Origin: Squalus acanthias | Taxonomy: Eukaryota | Reading direction: 5' to 3' | NCBI GenBank assembly: GCA_030390025.1 | Contig: CM059431.1 | Location: forward strand, 142,726,001 to 142,790,000 | Length of the DNA stretch: 64,000 nt | Part shown: positions 11,916 through 22,821 of the stretch, piece after piece | Layout of the letters: every line of letters starts with the position of its first letter | How positions within the stretch are numbered: position 1 is the first letter of the stretch | Translations under genes and position numbers: made by a program | Notes under the pieces: model-generated | The model's input: only the letters and a program-made list of their open reading frames with translations | Told to the model about the DNA's origin: nothing | The model's database searches: none

Positions 11916-12220
11916 ATTAGGAGCAAGTCTGTTCCATAGATCGACCGTTGCTCATAGAAATAACGGTTCCAGAAATTAGTTTTGAATTTACCCCCACCAA
12001 TCTCAGGCCATGCCCTCTGGTTTTACACTTCTGGACAAGGTGAAACAGCTCGTCAACATCCACTTTACCTGGTGGATAAAGAACAGTGTCTCGCACATAT
12101 TCAGGTCCCAGATATTCCTGTGCCCTTTTTATGTTTGTCATAGGATTGTTAACATGGAAAGGGTAATGGAACTTCTGGTGCTGAGGCCAGCTACAATTCA
12201 ACAGTTTCAGTGGTTTACAC

Positions 12221-13620
12221 GGGGCCGTATTTTGCGGACTTACGGGTGCGTACGAGGTGCGCACGAGTCCGTAGGGGCCGCGTAAGTTCTGGGTTTAGGC
12301 ATGCGAAGCGCATGCGCTAAAAAATTGGAAATTGCGAGCTTGCGCAGATTTGCGCTATTTGTCCAACTACTGGCCAGCAGTTACTGACAAAACTGCAACG
12401 ACAGAAAAAAAGCAGGCGGACAGCCGGCATTCTATCTAAAGAAGAAGCAGGAAGAAGACGTGGAAGTCAGGGGGCTGGAAACTGGACTGTTTTAGCTTTT
12501 AAAGTTAACAAAGTTCTTGTTATAAAGCCTGATTTAAGTTTCGAACAACTTTAATTTGTTGAATATTTCTTTGGTTTTAGATGTAGTTCTGAGGAGTGTC
12601 GGTGATTAGAAGAGGAACTTTCGCTGTGGACAAGGTGAGCATTCTGTTCAAATAGATTTCTTCTTTTTAACCTTGAAAATGACTGTTTAAAAATGATTTT
12701 GTTCACATTTACTCATGTTTAAAATTATGCCAAAATATACGAATGTTTTAAATGTTAACTTTTTTATGCTGTTTAAAAATTAATGTATGACTTTGTAAAA
12801 TGTTTTAAACGTCTTAGATGGGCGGCCGATCCGATACCGCCCGTTTCACATCACCGCCCGCCGTGAATTTCTTACATCTCACTTTATTAATATGACGTTT
12901 ACAACTCTTTCCATTTCTTCCCAACAGTTACTGCATCTATTTAAAGAGGAATCCTGTGCGGGAGAATCATGCTTCATGAGGAGTTTGTCCCGATCTTTTG
13001 TGTGATTCTGGCCCATAGATTCGAAAACGCCAGGGAACAACAAAGAAGACTGAGGAACCATGACCGCCACCTAATCAGGAGGATCTACTACCCACCCAGA
13101 GAGGGTACAGGGAGAGGCTGTCTTTTCAGATGCTGTTGCAGGATTTGTGTGTGAGGAGGCTGCGCTTTTGTAAAGAGACATTTGACCTACTATGTGACAT
13201 GTTGAAGGACGGCCTTCAAACACGCTCGAAGACCCTCACTGCCTTGTCAGTGTCCATGAAGGGAACCACAGCACTGAACTTCTTTGCATGCGGGTCAGTT
13301 CAGTCAGGCACCGGTGACATTTCAAACATCTCCCAGAGTGCTCGAGGACCTGCATTCACCAGGTCACAGATGCCATATTCCGCAGGGCTTCAGAGTTTAA
13401 ATAACAGCAAGCATTAAAAAATTGTCAGATATCCCCCTCGCGTCTGTGCCTGAGGATCGAAGGAGGTGAATTGTGCCAAAGATGGCACCCTACTGTCTCC
13501 TGCGTTTCCCCTTCCCCGTGACTGGAGCCCTCTCAGACCAAGTGAAAGGCCCCTGTGTACAATCTCTGGCCCTTCAGCAATTGGCTCGTGACAGGGTTAC
13601 TGCTGCTGTTGCTGCTGCTG
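12221..13620 (+). mobile_element. PIF/Harbinger transposon relic with HARBI1-like transposase N-terminus (~12965-13400)
   Basis: GGGGCCGTATTTT terminus. Translation CVRRLRFCKETFDLLCDMLKDGL...TALSVSMKGTTALNFFACGSVQSGTGDISNISQS resembles the Harbinger transposase HTH region; it is frameshifted and truncated. Confidence 0.75.
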
Positions 13621-13634
13621 AAAGGCAACATATA

Positions 13635-13790
13635 CATGCAGATTAAAACTACCTCTACACCGTCCCATCAAACACTCCCAGGTCAGGTACAGCATGGGTT
13701 ACATACAGTGTACAGCATATTTAAACTGCCGATAAAATACTCCCACGAAGGTCACATACAGAGTAAATCACCCTTCGCACTATCCCATCA
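13635..13790. repeat. Tandem repeat (ACACTCCCAGGGCAGGTACAGCA...CCCATCAA), left part, split by a CR1 insertion
   Basis: The same unit resumes at 16965-17463. Confidence 0.7.
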
Positions 13791-16700
13791 TTGAGGCATT
13801 GGGACCAGTTTTGTGGTAGGTGTGACCTATACAAAAGGGACGGTCTACACCTGTGCAAAGATGGAACTGAGGTTCTCGGGGTAAATTTTGATAAAGCAGT
13901 TCGGGAGCATTTAAACTAGTATGGCAGGGGGCTAGAAACCCATGTAGTGAAATAGAGGAAAGTGAAAGGCAGACAGAAATAAATGGTAAAAAGGAGAGGA
14001 ACAAAAAACAAAGGGCCAAACTAATTCATAAAAAATGTGAGCATAAAAAAAGCCTGAGGGTTTTATACCTTAATGCGAGAAGCATCAGGAACAAGGTAGA
14101 TGAATTAGCTGTGGAAATAGAGGTTAATAATTATGATCTAATTGGGATTACGGAAACATGGTTGCAGGGTGAGCAGGGCTGGGAGCTTAACATACAGGGG
14201 TATTCAGTATTTAGGAAGGATCGACAAAAAAGAAAGGGAGGAGGGGTAGCATTGCTGGTAAAAGAGGGGATAAATGCAATTGAAAGGAAGGATATTAACT
14301 CAGTTAATACAGAATCTATATGGGTGGAGCTAAGAAATAGCGAGGGGCGAAAAACATTAATAGGAGTGGTATATAGGCCTCCAAATAGTAAAATAGAGGT
14401 TGGGGAGGGCATCACGAGGGAAATTAGAGAAGCGTGCAATAAGAGCACAGCTGTCATCATAGGTGACTTTAACTTACATATAGATTGGACTAGCCTAATC
14501 AGTAAAAATAATGAGGAGGAGGAATTCCTTGAGTGTTTAAGGGATGGTTATCTGGATCAATATGTCGAGGAACCAACTCGGGAACAGGCTATATTGGACT
14601 GGGTACTGTGCAATGAGAAGGGACTAATTAGTAATCTTGTTGTACGGGGACCCTTGGGTCAGAGCGATCATAACATGATCGATTTCTCACTCGAAATGGA
14701 AAGCGAAGAAATTGACTCAGAGACTCAGGTCCTGAATTTAAACAAGGGGAATTATGATGCCATTAGACGGGAACTGAGTAGGTCTGATTGGACAACGTTC
14801 CTGGGAGGACTGAAGGTAGATAAACAATGGCAAGCATTTAAAGATAGAATGACAAAATTGCAAAAATTGTTTATACCAATCTGGCATAAAAGGAAATCTA
14901 AAAAGGTGACTCAACCGTGGATAACAGGGGAAATTAGAGACAGCATAAAATCCAAAGATAGGGCGTATAAAATAGCCAAAAAACGCGCCAGAGCGGAAGA
15001 TTGGGAACAGTTTAAGATAGAGCAAAGGAGGGCAAAGGGCTTAATCAAGAAGGGCAAAATAGCTTACGAAAGCAAGCTGGCGGAAAATATAAAAACTAAC
15101 TCCAAAAGCTTTTATAAGTATATCAAGAGGAAAAGACTGGTGAAAACCAAAGTTGGTCCATTGCAGTCAGATACGGGGGAATATATAATGGGAAATAAGG
15201 AAATGGCAGACCAACTAAATGCATACTTTGGGTCAGTCTTTACGAAGGAAGACACAAAAAACCTCCCTGGGATATCGGGAAAAATAGGGACATTGGCAAA
15301 GGAGGAACTGACGCAAATCAATATCTCTAAGGATATGGTGTTAAGGAAGCTAAAGGGATTGAAGGCGGACAAATCCCCAGGGCCTGATAACATGCATCCT
15401 AGGGTACTGAAGGAGGTGGCCCTAGAGATAGCGGATGCACTAAGCATGATTTTTCAGAATTCATTAGACTCGGGAACAGTGCCCATGGATTGGAGGGTAG
15501 CTAACGTTACCCCACTATTCAAAAAGGGGGGTAGGGAAAAAGCAGGTAATTACAGACCTGTAAGCCTTACATCAGTTGTGGGCAAAATGCTGGAGTCCAT
15601 CATTAAGGATGAAATAGCCGAGCACTTAGCAAATGGGGACAGGATAGGACAGAGTCAACATGGATTTACAAAGGGTAAATCGTGCTTGACTAATCTATTG
15701 GAATTTTTTGAGGGAGTAACTGGTAAAATAGATGGCGGAGAGCCAGTAGATGTGGTGTACCTGGACTTCCAAAAGGCCTTCGATAAGGTCCCACATAAAA
15801 GATTAGCATGGAAAATTGAAGCTCATGGGATAAAGGGGAAAGTATTGACGTGGATAGAGAACTGGCTGTCAGATAGAAAACAGAGAGTTGGAATAAACGG
15901 CTCATTTTCTGAATGGCAGGCAGTAACAAGTGGGGTACCACAGGGATCTGTCCTGGGTCCCCAGCTGTTCACAATTTATATTAATGACCTGGATCAGGGA
16001 GTCGAATGCAGCATTTCCAAATTTGCAGACGACACTAAACTAGGAGGGGGGGTGGGCTCAGAGGAGGAGACCAGGAAGCTCCAGAGCGATTTGGACAGAC
16101 TGGGTGATTGGGCGGATAAATGGCAGATGCACTATAATGTGGACAAGTGCGAAGTTATCCACCTTGGGTGCAGGAACGGGAGGGCAAATTATTATTTAAA
16201 TGGCAATAAATTGGGAGAGGGGGAAGTACAGAGAGACCTGGGTGTTCTTGTACACCAGTCACTGAAGGCGAGCATGCAGGTGCAACAGGCGGTCAAGAAG
16301 GCAAACGGTATGCTGACCTTCATAGCAAAAGGGTTGGAATACAGGAACAGGGATACCTTGCTGCAGCTGTACAGGGCACTGGTGAGACCACACCTCGAGT
16401 ACTGTGTACAGTTTTGGTCGCCTCATCTGAGGAAAGATGTTCTTGCCATGGAGGGGGTGCAGCGGCGATTCACCAGGCTGATACCAGGAATGGCGGGATT
16501 GACCTATGAGGAGAGACTATGTAGTTTAGGGATGTACACACTGGAGTTTAGAAGATTGAGAGGGGACCTCATAGAAGTGTATAAAATTCTGACAGGTCTA
16601 GACAGATTAGATGCAGAAGGAATGTTTCCCTTGGCGGGTGAGAACAGAACTAGAGGACATAATTTAAGGATAAGGGCTAAACCATTTAGGACAGAAATGA

Positions 16701-16961
16701 GGGGGAATTTCTTCACTCAGAGAGTGGTGAACCTGTGGAACTCATTGCCACAGAGGGCAGTGTACGCCAGCTCATTAAATATATTTAAGAGGGAATTAGA
16801 TATATTTCTACAGGCAAAAGGGGTTAAGGGTTACGGAGAGAAGGCGGGGACGGGATACTGAATTGAAGGATCAGCCATGATCTCATTAAATGGCGGAGCA
16901 GGCTCGAAGGGCCGGATGGCCTACTCCTGCTCCTATCTTCTATGTATCTATGTATCTATGT
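13791..16961 (+). mobile_element. Young CR1 LINE, 5'-truncated within ORF1, with uninterrupted ORF2
   Basis: ORF1 C-terminus LRHWDQFCGRCDLYKRDGLHL...REHLN* (13791-13919), then ORF2 and a (CTATGTAT)n tail. Possible ATCA target duplication. Confidence 0.97.
13910..16861 (+). CDS. CR1 ORF2: APE endonuclease + reverse transcriptase (frame open from 13895)
   Basis: YLNARSIRNK, ITETWL, VYRPP, GDFN and SDH (APE); KSPGPD, NYRPVSL, DFQKAFD, GVPQGS and FADD (RT). No stops or frameshifts. Confidence 0.93.
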   Translation, partial: FKLVWQGARNPCSEIEESERQTEINGKKERNKKQRAKLIHKKCEHKKSLRVLYLNARSIRNKVDELAVEIEVNNYDLIGITETWLQGEQGWELNIQGYSVFRKDRQKRKGGGVALLVKEGINAIERKDINSVNTESIWVELRNSEGRKTLIGVVYRPPNSKIEVGEGITREIREACNKSTAVIIGDFNLHIDWTSLISKNNEEEEFLECLRDGYLDQYVEEPTREQAILDWVLCNEKGLISNLVVRGPLGQSDHNMIDFSLEMESEEIDSETQVLNLNKGNYDAIRRELSRSDWTTFLGGLKVDKQWQAFKDRMTKLQKLFIPIWHKRKSKKVTQPWITGEIRDSIKSKDRAYKIAKKRARAEDWEQFKIEQRRAKGLIKKGKIAYESKLAENIKTNSKSFYKYIKRKRLVKTKVGPLQSDTGEYIMGNKEMADQLNAYFGSVFTKEDTKNLPGISGKIGTLAKEELTQINISKDMVLRKLKGLKADKSPGPDNMHPRVLKEVALEIADALSMIFQNSLDSGTVPMDWRVANVTPLFKKGGREKAGNYRPVSLTSVVGKMLESIIKDEIAEHLANGDRIGQSQHGFTKGKSCLTNLLEFFEGVTGKIDGGEPVDVVYLDFQKAFDKVPHKRLAWKIEAHGIKGKVLTWIENWLSDRKQRVGINGSFSEWQAVTSGVPQGSVLGPQLFTIYINDLDQGVECSISKFADDTKLGGGVGSEEETRKLQSDLDRLGDWADKWQMHYNVDKCEVIHLGCRNGRANYYLNGNKLGEGEVQRDLGVLVHQSLKASMQVQQAVKKANGMLTFIAKGLEYRNRDTLLQLYRALVRPHLEYCVQFWSPHLRKDVLAMEGVQRRFTRLIPGMAGLTYEERLCSLGMYTLEFRRLRGDLIEVYKILTGLDRLDAEGMFPLAGENRTRGHNLRIRAKPFRTEMRGNFFTQRVVNLWNSLPQRAVYASSLNIFKRELDIFLQAKGVKGYGEKAGTGY

Positions 16962-16964
16962 ATC

Positions 16965-17463
16965 AAAGTCGCCCACGACAGGTCCAGCACGGGGTAGATA
17001 TTGAGTAAAGCTCCCTTCACACTATCCCATCAAATATTTCCTCGAAAGGTCCAGCACGGGGTAGATAAAGAGTGAAGCTACCTCCACACTATCCCATCAA
17101 AGATTCCCAGTCAGGAATAGAATAGGTTACATACAGAGTAAAGCTCCCTCCATACTATCCCATCAAAGACTCCAAGGTGAGGTACAGCACGTGTCGCATA
17201 CAGAAAGTTCCCTCGACACTGTTCCATCAAACACTCCCAGGGCAGGTAGGCAGCAGTTGGATACATTGTAAATCTCACTCTATTATCGTTTATCAAGCAC
17301 AGTGAACTCAGATACAGCATTAGGTCAAAGCAGCGTACAGCTCCTCTTAAACTACCCAATGAATCTCACCATCTCACGTACAGCATGGTATGAATACAGG
17401 CCAGAAATCCCTGTACATGTGAGTATCACGCACTCCCAGGTGAGGTATGGGCGTGTTTTACAT
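16965..17463. repeat. Tandem repeat (~65-bp unit), right part
   Basis: Repeated AGGT(C/A)CAGCACG...AGAGTAAAGCTCCC...CACTATCCCATCAA. Confidence 0.75.
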
Positions 17464-17674
17464 GATGCGGAGATGCCGGTGTTGGACTGGGGTGGACAAA
17501 ATTGAGAGGTCGCACAACACCAGGTTATAGTCCAACAGTTTTATTTGAAATCACAAGCTTTCGGAGCTATCGATTTGCTCCTTCCTCAGGAAGGAGCAAA
17601 TCGATAGCTCCGAAAGCTTGTGATTTCAAATAAAACTGTTGGACTATAACCTGGTGTTGTGCGACCTCTCAATT
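17464..17674. mobile_element. Penelope-derived mini-insertion forming a perfect palindrome, with 11-bp target site duplication
   Basis: 87-bp perfect arms (17500-17586 / 17588-17674). GTGTTTTACAT flanks both sides (17453-17463, 17675-17685). Hammerhead-like CTGAGGA...GAAA at the centre. Confidence 0.8.
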
Positions 17675-18016
17675 GTGTTTTACATACCAGTGAATCCACA
17701 GCCAAATTATCGCATCAAATACCGAGCCTTTTGCCAGAAATTAAACGGCGCCCAATAGCTTGATATAATCTCACCTTGAAAAAATCCTGTACTGATGGGT
17801 TCTCAGCCTTTCCAATCATTGATGAAGCTTCCTGGTTTATGCCGTCTTGTCCAATGGGAGTGTTAGTCACACCAGGTCTGTTCTGTGAAATCAGAGACCT
17901 TTCTGTAGTCCCAGTTAGTTCATAAAATCAGCGTCAGTTCTTTATATTATCGGCCCGCACCACAGAAAATACTCCTGACCCCGCAAAAGAGGCAGGAAAT
18001 CCCCCTTAGAGAGACC

Positions 18017-18395
18017 ACATTGGCACGGGTGTGGGGATTGAATCCCTGTTGTACTGGGAGGCTCTCTGAGACTGTTGCTGAGGCCCATGTGCTACCTTTG
18101 GCCGATACTACAATGGGGCTGGTGTGGGGAATGAAACCATGTTGTACTGGAGTCTTTCTGAGTCTGTTGCTATTGTCCATGTGCTGCCTTTGGCCGATAC
18201 TACAATGGGGCTGGTGTGGGGAATGAAACCATGTTGTACTGGCAGTCTCTCTGAATCTGTTACTGAGGCCCATGTGCTGCCTTTGGCCGACACTACAATG
18301 GGGCTGGTGTGGGGAATGAAACCATGTTGTACTGGGAGTCCCTCTGAGTCTGTTGCTGAGGCCCATGTGCTGCCTTTGGCCGACAGTACAATGCC
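18017..18395. repeat. Tandem repeat, ~93-bp unit, ~4 copies
   Basis: GTGTGGGG starts at 18029, 18122, 18214 and 18307. Confidence 0.92.
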
Positions 18396-19992
18396 TTCCC
18401 AGCACGGTGTTAGAGTTTGAAAATGACACGCCGGGAGTTGCTGGGTAGATTCAGTTTATTGCAGAATGACTGGAACCAAGTGAACTCAGAAAGTCCACCA
18501 GTGGGTGAAAGCCCTTTGCTCCGGGCTGTAAAAGCCAACATTCCCCTGTCGGAATCACTGGCCATGACGGGAGCGACCGGATTTGCTCAGAGTTACCGGG
18601 GATTAGTGAATTTGGCGAAGAGGGTCTGAGACCCATTGATCCTGGGGCTGAATTTCCATCAATCGACACTGGACCTCAAGGTCCCATTCAGCTGTGGACA
18701 GACTCCAAGAGCTGTGCGCATGGGCCGGGGATTTCTGGGACTATCGCTTTGTGTCCGGAATGGTCTGTCCGGAATGATTCCACTCTTTAATGAGCCGGGA
18801 AAGAATCATTCAGTACCTTGCACTCCCTCCATGGTCTGTGGGATCTACAGCCCGATCCTCTGTTGGGATCCAGTGCGTCGTCTCACGGGAGCATCACAAC
18901 CATCAAGGCCTTTCTCACAGTTTTACTCCTGAGCCCTCAGCCCCATGGGATTAACTCTATGAACAGTAAGTTCAGGAATCGAATCCTTTTTAATCAGTAG
19001 TATTTCTCTATTTGGAGTTCCAGCTCCTGCTCACTCCCCTAGTTTACCAGGAGTTCACTGATCAGGTGTCCCTTCATTTCTTTGCGATGGTTGTTATTTT
19101 CTCCATCCTGTGATCCCCTGGTCTGCAGCAGCGGTCGCGGTTTGTGGTTATAATGCTTTGTGTCTCAGCTGAATGTAATGTTTGAATTCATATCTTTCCA
19201 GTAATTGTTTGTAAATGATATTGAATACAGCTGACATCTGATGCCGCTCCCGAGATCCCCCTCGCCATTTAAACCGATGAGATTAAATGTAAAATTCCAT
19301 CGATTGCTCCCTGGGGCCGCTGTAGTAACTCATCAAATTGGCTCGGTGCATCACATGGTCCCAGCCTCATGGCGGGATGGTTTCAGCGCTCCACACTGCA
19401 ATGGAACATGTGTTTGTATGTATGTAAGGGAATCCGCTTCTTTATTGACTCTCGAATATGAACAAGTTACAGAACCAGCCAAGGTTTCGCTTTAAGTGTC
19501 TTTTATCTGTAACTGCACCGTCCCTGCGAGGTACTCCGGCTTGACCTGGACCGCACAGTTAGAGTGTGAATGGAGACTCAGTCTAGTGTCAGGGGCGATA
19601 GTGATTGAAATGACAATCGGGAGAGATGTATGACGGTCGGCTGATCAAATGTCGCCGGTTTTACATTATCTCACAAAGTTAATATCCTCCTATATCCTGC
19701 CTGGTTGTCTGTGGTGGTGGGGATCGCTCTCCGTGTCCATTCCAGATACTGAATCCGAGCGACCCTCCTCCCCGCGCCGCCTGGACAACATCTGACTGAA
19801 GTATACTGGAAGGATGGTCATTCTCAGTCCCTCTATAGTGAGTGTAGAATGATGCGTTTATTTTGAAGAACATGTCGACAACGCTCACCTATATTAAAAA
19901 TAATAGGAACACATCTCAACATTTCCCCACAATAAGCTGTGAGATTTATCTGAGTGTCCCCGTTACTGACCTTCTGCCCCTTTTTCTCACTG

Positions 19993-20890
19993 CGAACCTA
20001 CTGACAATGGTGATTCTCTCCAGAGGAACTGTCGGCCTTTCCAAGTGTATCTCTGTCAACATGTTGACCATGGCAACAGCAGATCTACTGTTCATGATCC
20101 TCAATGTATAGTGTATCACATGTGTACAAATCACTTTCCACATTCCTTCCTGTCGTACACTGCAGTTTGTATGAAAATTATTTACATCCATTCTGCCAGC
20201 TTGGATATGTCGGTGTGGTTTACAATCTTGTTCACATTTGAACGATTTCTAGCCTTATGTTGTCAGAGTTTGAAAACAAGTAATTGCAGAGTGAAAACTG
20301 CGGCTGTGCCCATAACAACGGTCTCTGTCCTGATCTATTTACAAAGCATTCCAGATTTGATTGCCTATAAACCTGATCGAATAATTAACAATATTCATTG
20401 GGGTTGTTACCCCGGATTGGACTATTTTTCATCGCCTGCAGGTGTCGGGTTCTCCCGGTTACAAGGTATTTTAACGATGTGGAGTCCATTTGTTTTGATA
20501 TTACTGTTTAATTGCTTGACAATCAGACGTATTTTGATGGCCTGTAGAGCTCGCAGGGTACTCCGGGGTCACAGCAGTGAGAATCAGAGCGATCCAGAGA
20601 TGGAGAACCGGAGCAAATCCATCATTTTACTGTGTATCGGGCAGTTTAATATTGTTTTCGCTGACATCTGCCGGAGGTTTTTTAACTGACAAATCCCGCT
20701 CATAAGCCACCCGATTATATCTCTAATGCACACATCGCCACAGCAAGTGGGCTTATGCTCATGTATTTGATTTCCCGTACAAACACGTGTATTTATGCAG
20801 CTACAGAAACTAAATTCAGGGAAGAGCTGAAGAAGATGGTGAAATCTCCTTGAGCATTTATTCTGATTTTGGTTAAATTAATGTAACATT
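19993..20890 (+). pseudogene. GPR139-like GPCR pseudogene (paralogue of exon 2 at 6400-7331)
   Basis: Colinear with 6400-7331. Acceptor CAG changed to CTG (CTCACTG|CGAAC), 1-nt deletion near 20108, a further frameshift near 20630, and TGG changed to TGA near 20851. No exon 1 found. Confidence 0.9.
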
Positions 20891-21269
20891 AAAGCAAAGC
20901 TTCCTGTCCTAACTGGAGTTAAATTACAGCCCGTGTTCCATTTCGGAATGACCGTCTTTCTGTTGGGACGGAAACCAATTGTTGTTCTGAAAATGAGCAG
21001 GAATCAGAAAAGATTTACTCCAATTTGTGCCGGGTGTTTGATGTCTGCTGCTTTCCCCGGGTGAACATAATCGATTCCCGCTGAAACAGCGACCTTCCCG
21101 CTCAATATTGAAAGAGATTTCCTATCAATGCAAGTTGTTCTTGTAGTGTAATTGATCAGAGATTGTTTGCTGAGCTCAGTCAATAACTCAAGTTGTTGTT
21201 GTAGTGTAATTGATCAGAGATTGTTTGCTGAGCTCAGTCAATAACTCCATTATCAACAATAACAGGATG

Positions 21270-21945
21270 TTAATGAGGCGGGTTAATAAGGCCAGAAAAA
21301 GCAAACCGAGCACTAGTGCTTATTTCTAGAGGAAGAGAGTTGCAAAGCAGTTACGATATGTTAAACTTGTACCCAACCTTGGTTAGATCACACTTGGAGT
21401 TCTGTGCACATTTCCGATCTCCACATTATAAACAAGGACATAAAGACAATGGAGGATATGTAAATAACGATTTTCTGGGATGATACGAGAACTGAGAGTG
21501 TATACCTATCAGGAAAGATTGGACAGGCTAGGGATCTTTTCCCTTGGAAAGAAAAGGCTGAGGGGTGACCTAATAGTGTTCTTTAAGATTAGGAAAGGAT
21601 TTCATTGGGAGACGGAGGGAAAATGTTTCCACTTGCGGGGGAGACCAGAACTTGGGACCATAAATAGAAGAGTCCCTAATAAATCCAATAGGGAGTTCAG
21701 GAGAAACTTCTTTACCCAGAGAGTGGTGAGAATGTGGAACTCGCTACCACATGGAATAGTTGAAGCGAATAACATAGATGTATTTAAGGGGAAGCTGGGT
21801 AGGCACATTTGGGAGAAAGGGATAGAAGGATATGTTGATTTAGTTAGAAGAAGGGGGATGGAAGGAGGCTCGTGGGGAGCATAAACGCCGGAATGAACCT
21901 GTTGGACAGCATGGCCTGTTTCTGTGCTGTAAATACGATGTAATG
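21270..21945 (+). mobile_element. Degenerate CR1 3' fragment
   Basis: YQERLDRLGIFSL...RLRGDLI and FRRNFFTQRVVRMWNSLP. Confidence 0.9.
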
Positions 21946-22821
21946 ATCTGAGAGAACAGTCATGATTGAGCTTCAGCAGTGGACTAGACCAGGTGGGCGT
22001 TAGCGTTAACTACCTCACACCGCAGGTACTGGAATGAGATGCCCCAGTTTAATTAATAGTTAATGTTTCCTTTAATGTAGAAACAATGTGTTACAATGGT
22101 GGTTATCTGTAATTCTGTAATCTTGGTGTGAATGTTGCAGGCGCTGGTCTCCCCATCAGACTCCGCCCCCCATTGTCTTCTGGACCAATAGAACGGGACC
22201 CTGTCTCCTGACCAGTGTCTAATGATGGAGACAGTTGGAACTTGACTCGGCAATGTGACATTAGACATCTTTGTTCACAGATATTTACTTGAAATCTCAA
22301 CTGGTCAACACAATGGAGTGCAACGACAGGAGAAAAGGCTAAACGAACCAATCAGTTCAAGGTTGCGTTTACAATCTACACTAACAATTAATTCCAATCA
22401 ATTTACCTGCCCTGTCTCAGGATCACTTCAACCTATTTTTATTCATCCATCTATCGTTATTGATAAAGAATAAGTAGAATAATTCTCCTCGTAGAAAGTT
22501 GAATTATAACTTTTATATAATTATGTAATAAAGAATTGTATTGATTCCCACGTAGCGAGAGTGAGAGCAGTGTATAAAAGGAGCTGTTTGTAATGAATAT
22601 AACATTTTTAAAAGCCTAAGATAATTAGCTCAGAACCGTAAACTTTTGAGCTGACCAACTCTATTAAAGACACGAGTCAGACAGCAGGCCGGGTTTTTAA
22701 TTCCATTAGTCAGCGATGGATCTGAACCCAGCTCCAATCGTGATGAGGCAATTTGTCATCAGAATCATCATCTAATATCAATATGTAAAATAGAGAGCAA
22801 CGGCATGAACACGTTAACCAT

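Noticed and set aside
14111..14113. GTG start of CR1 ORF2
   Set aside because: It falls downstream of the conserved YLNARS endonuclease motif; the frame is open further upstream.
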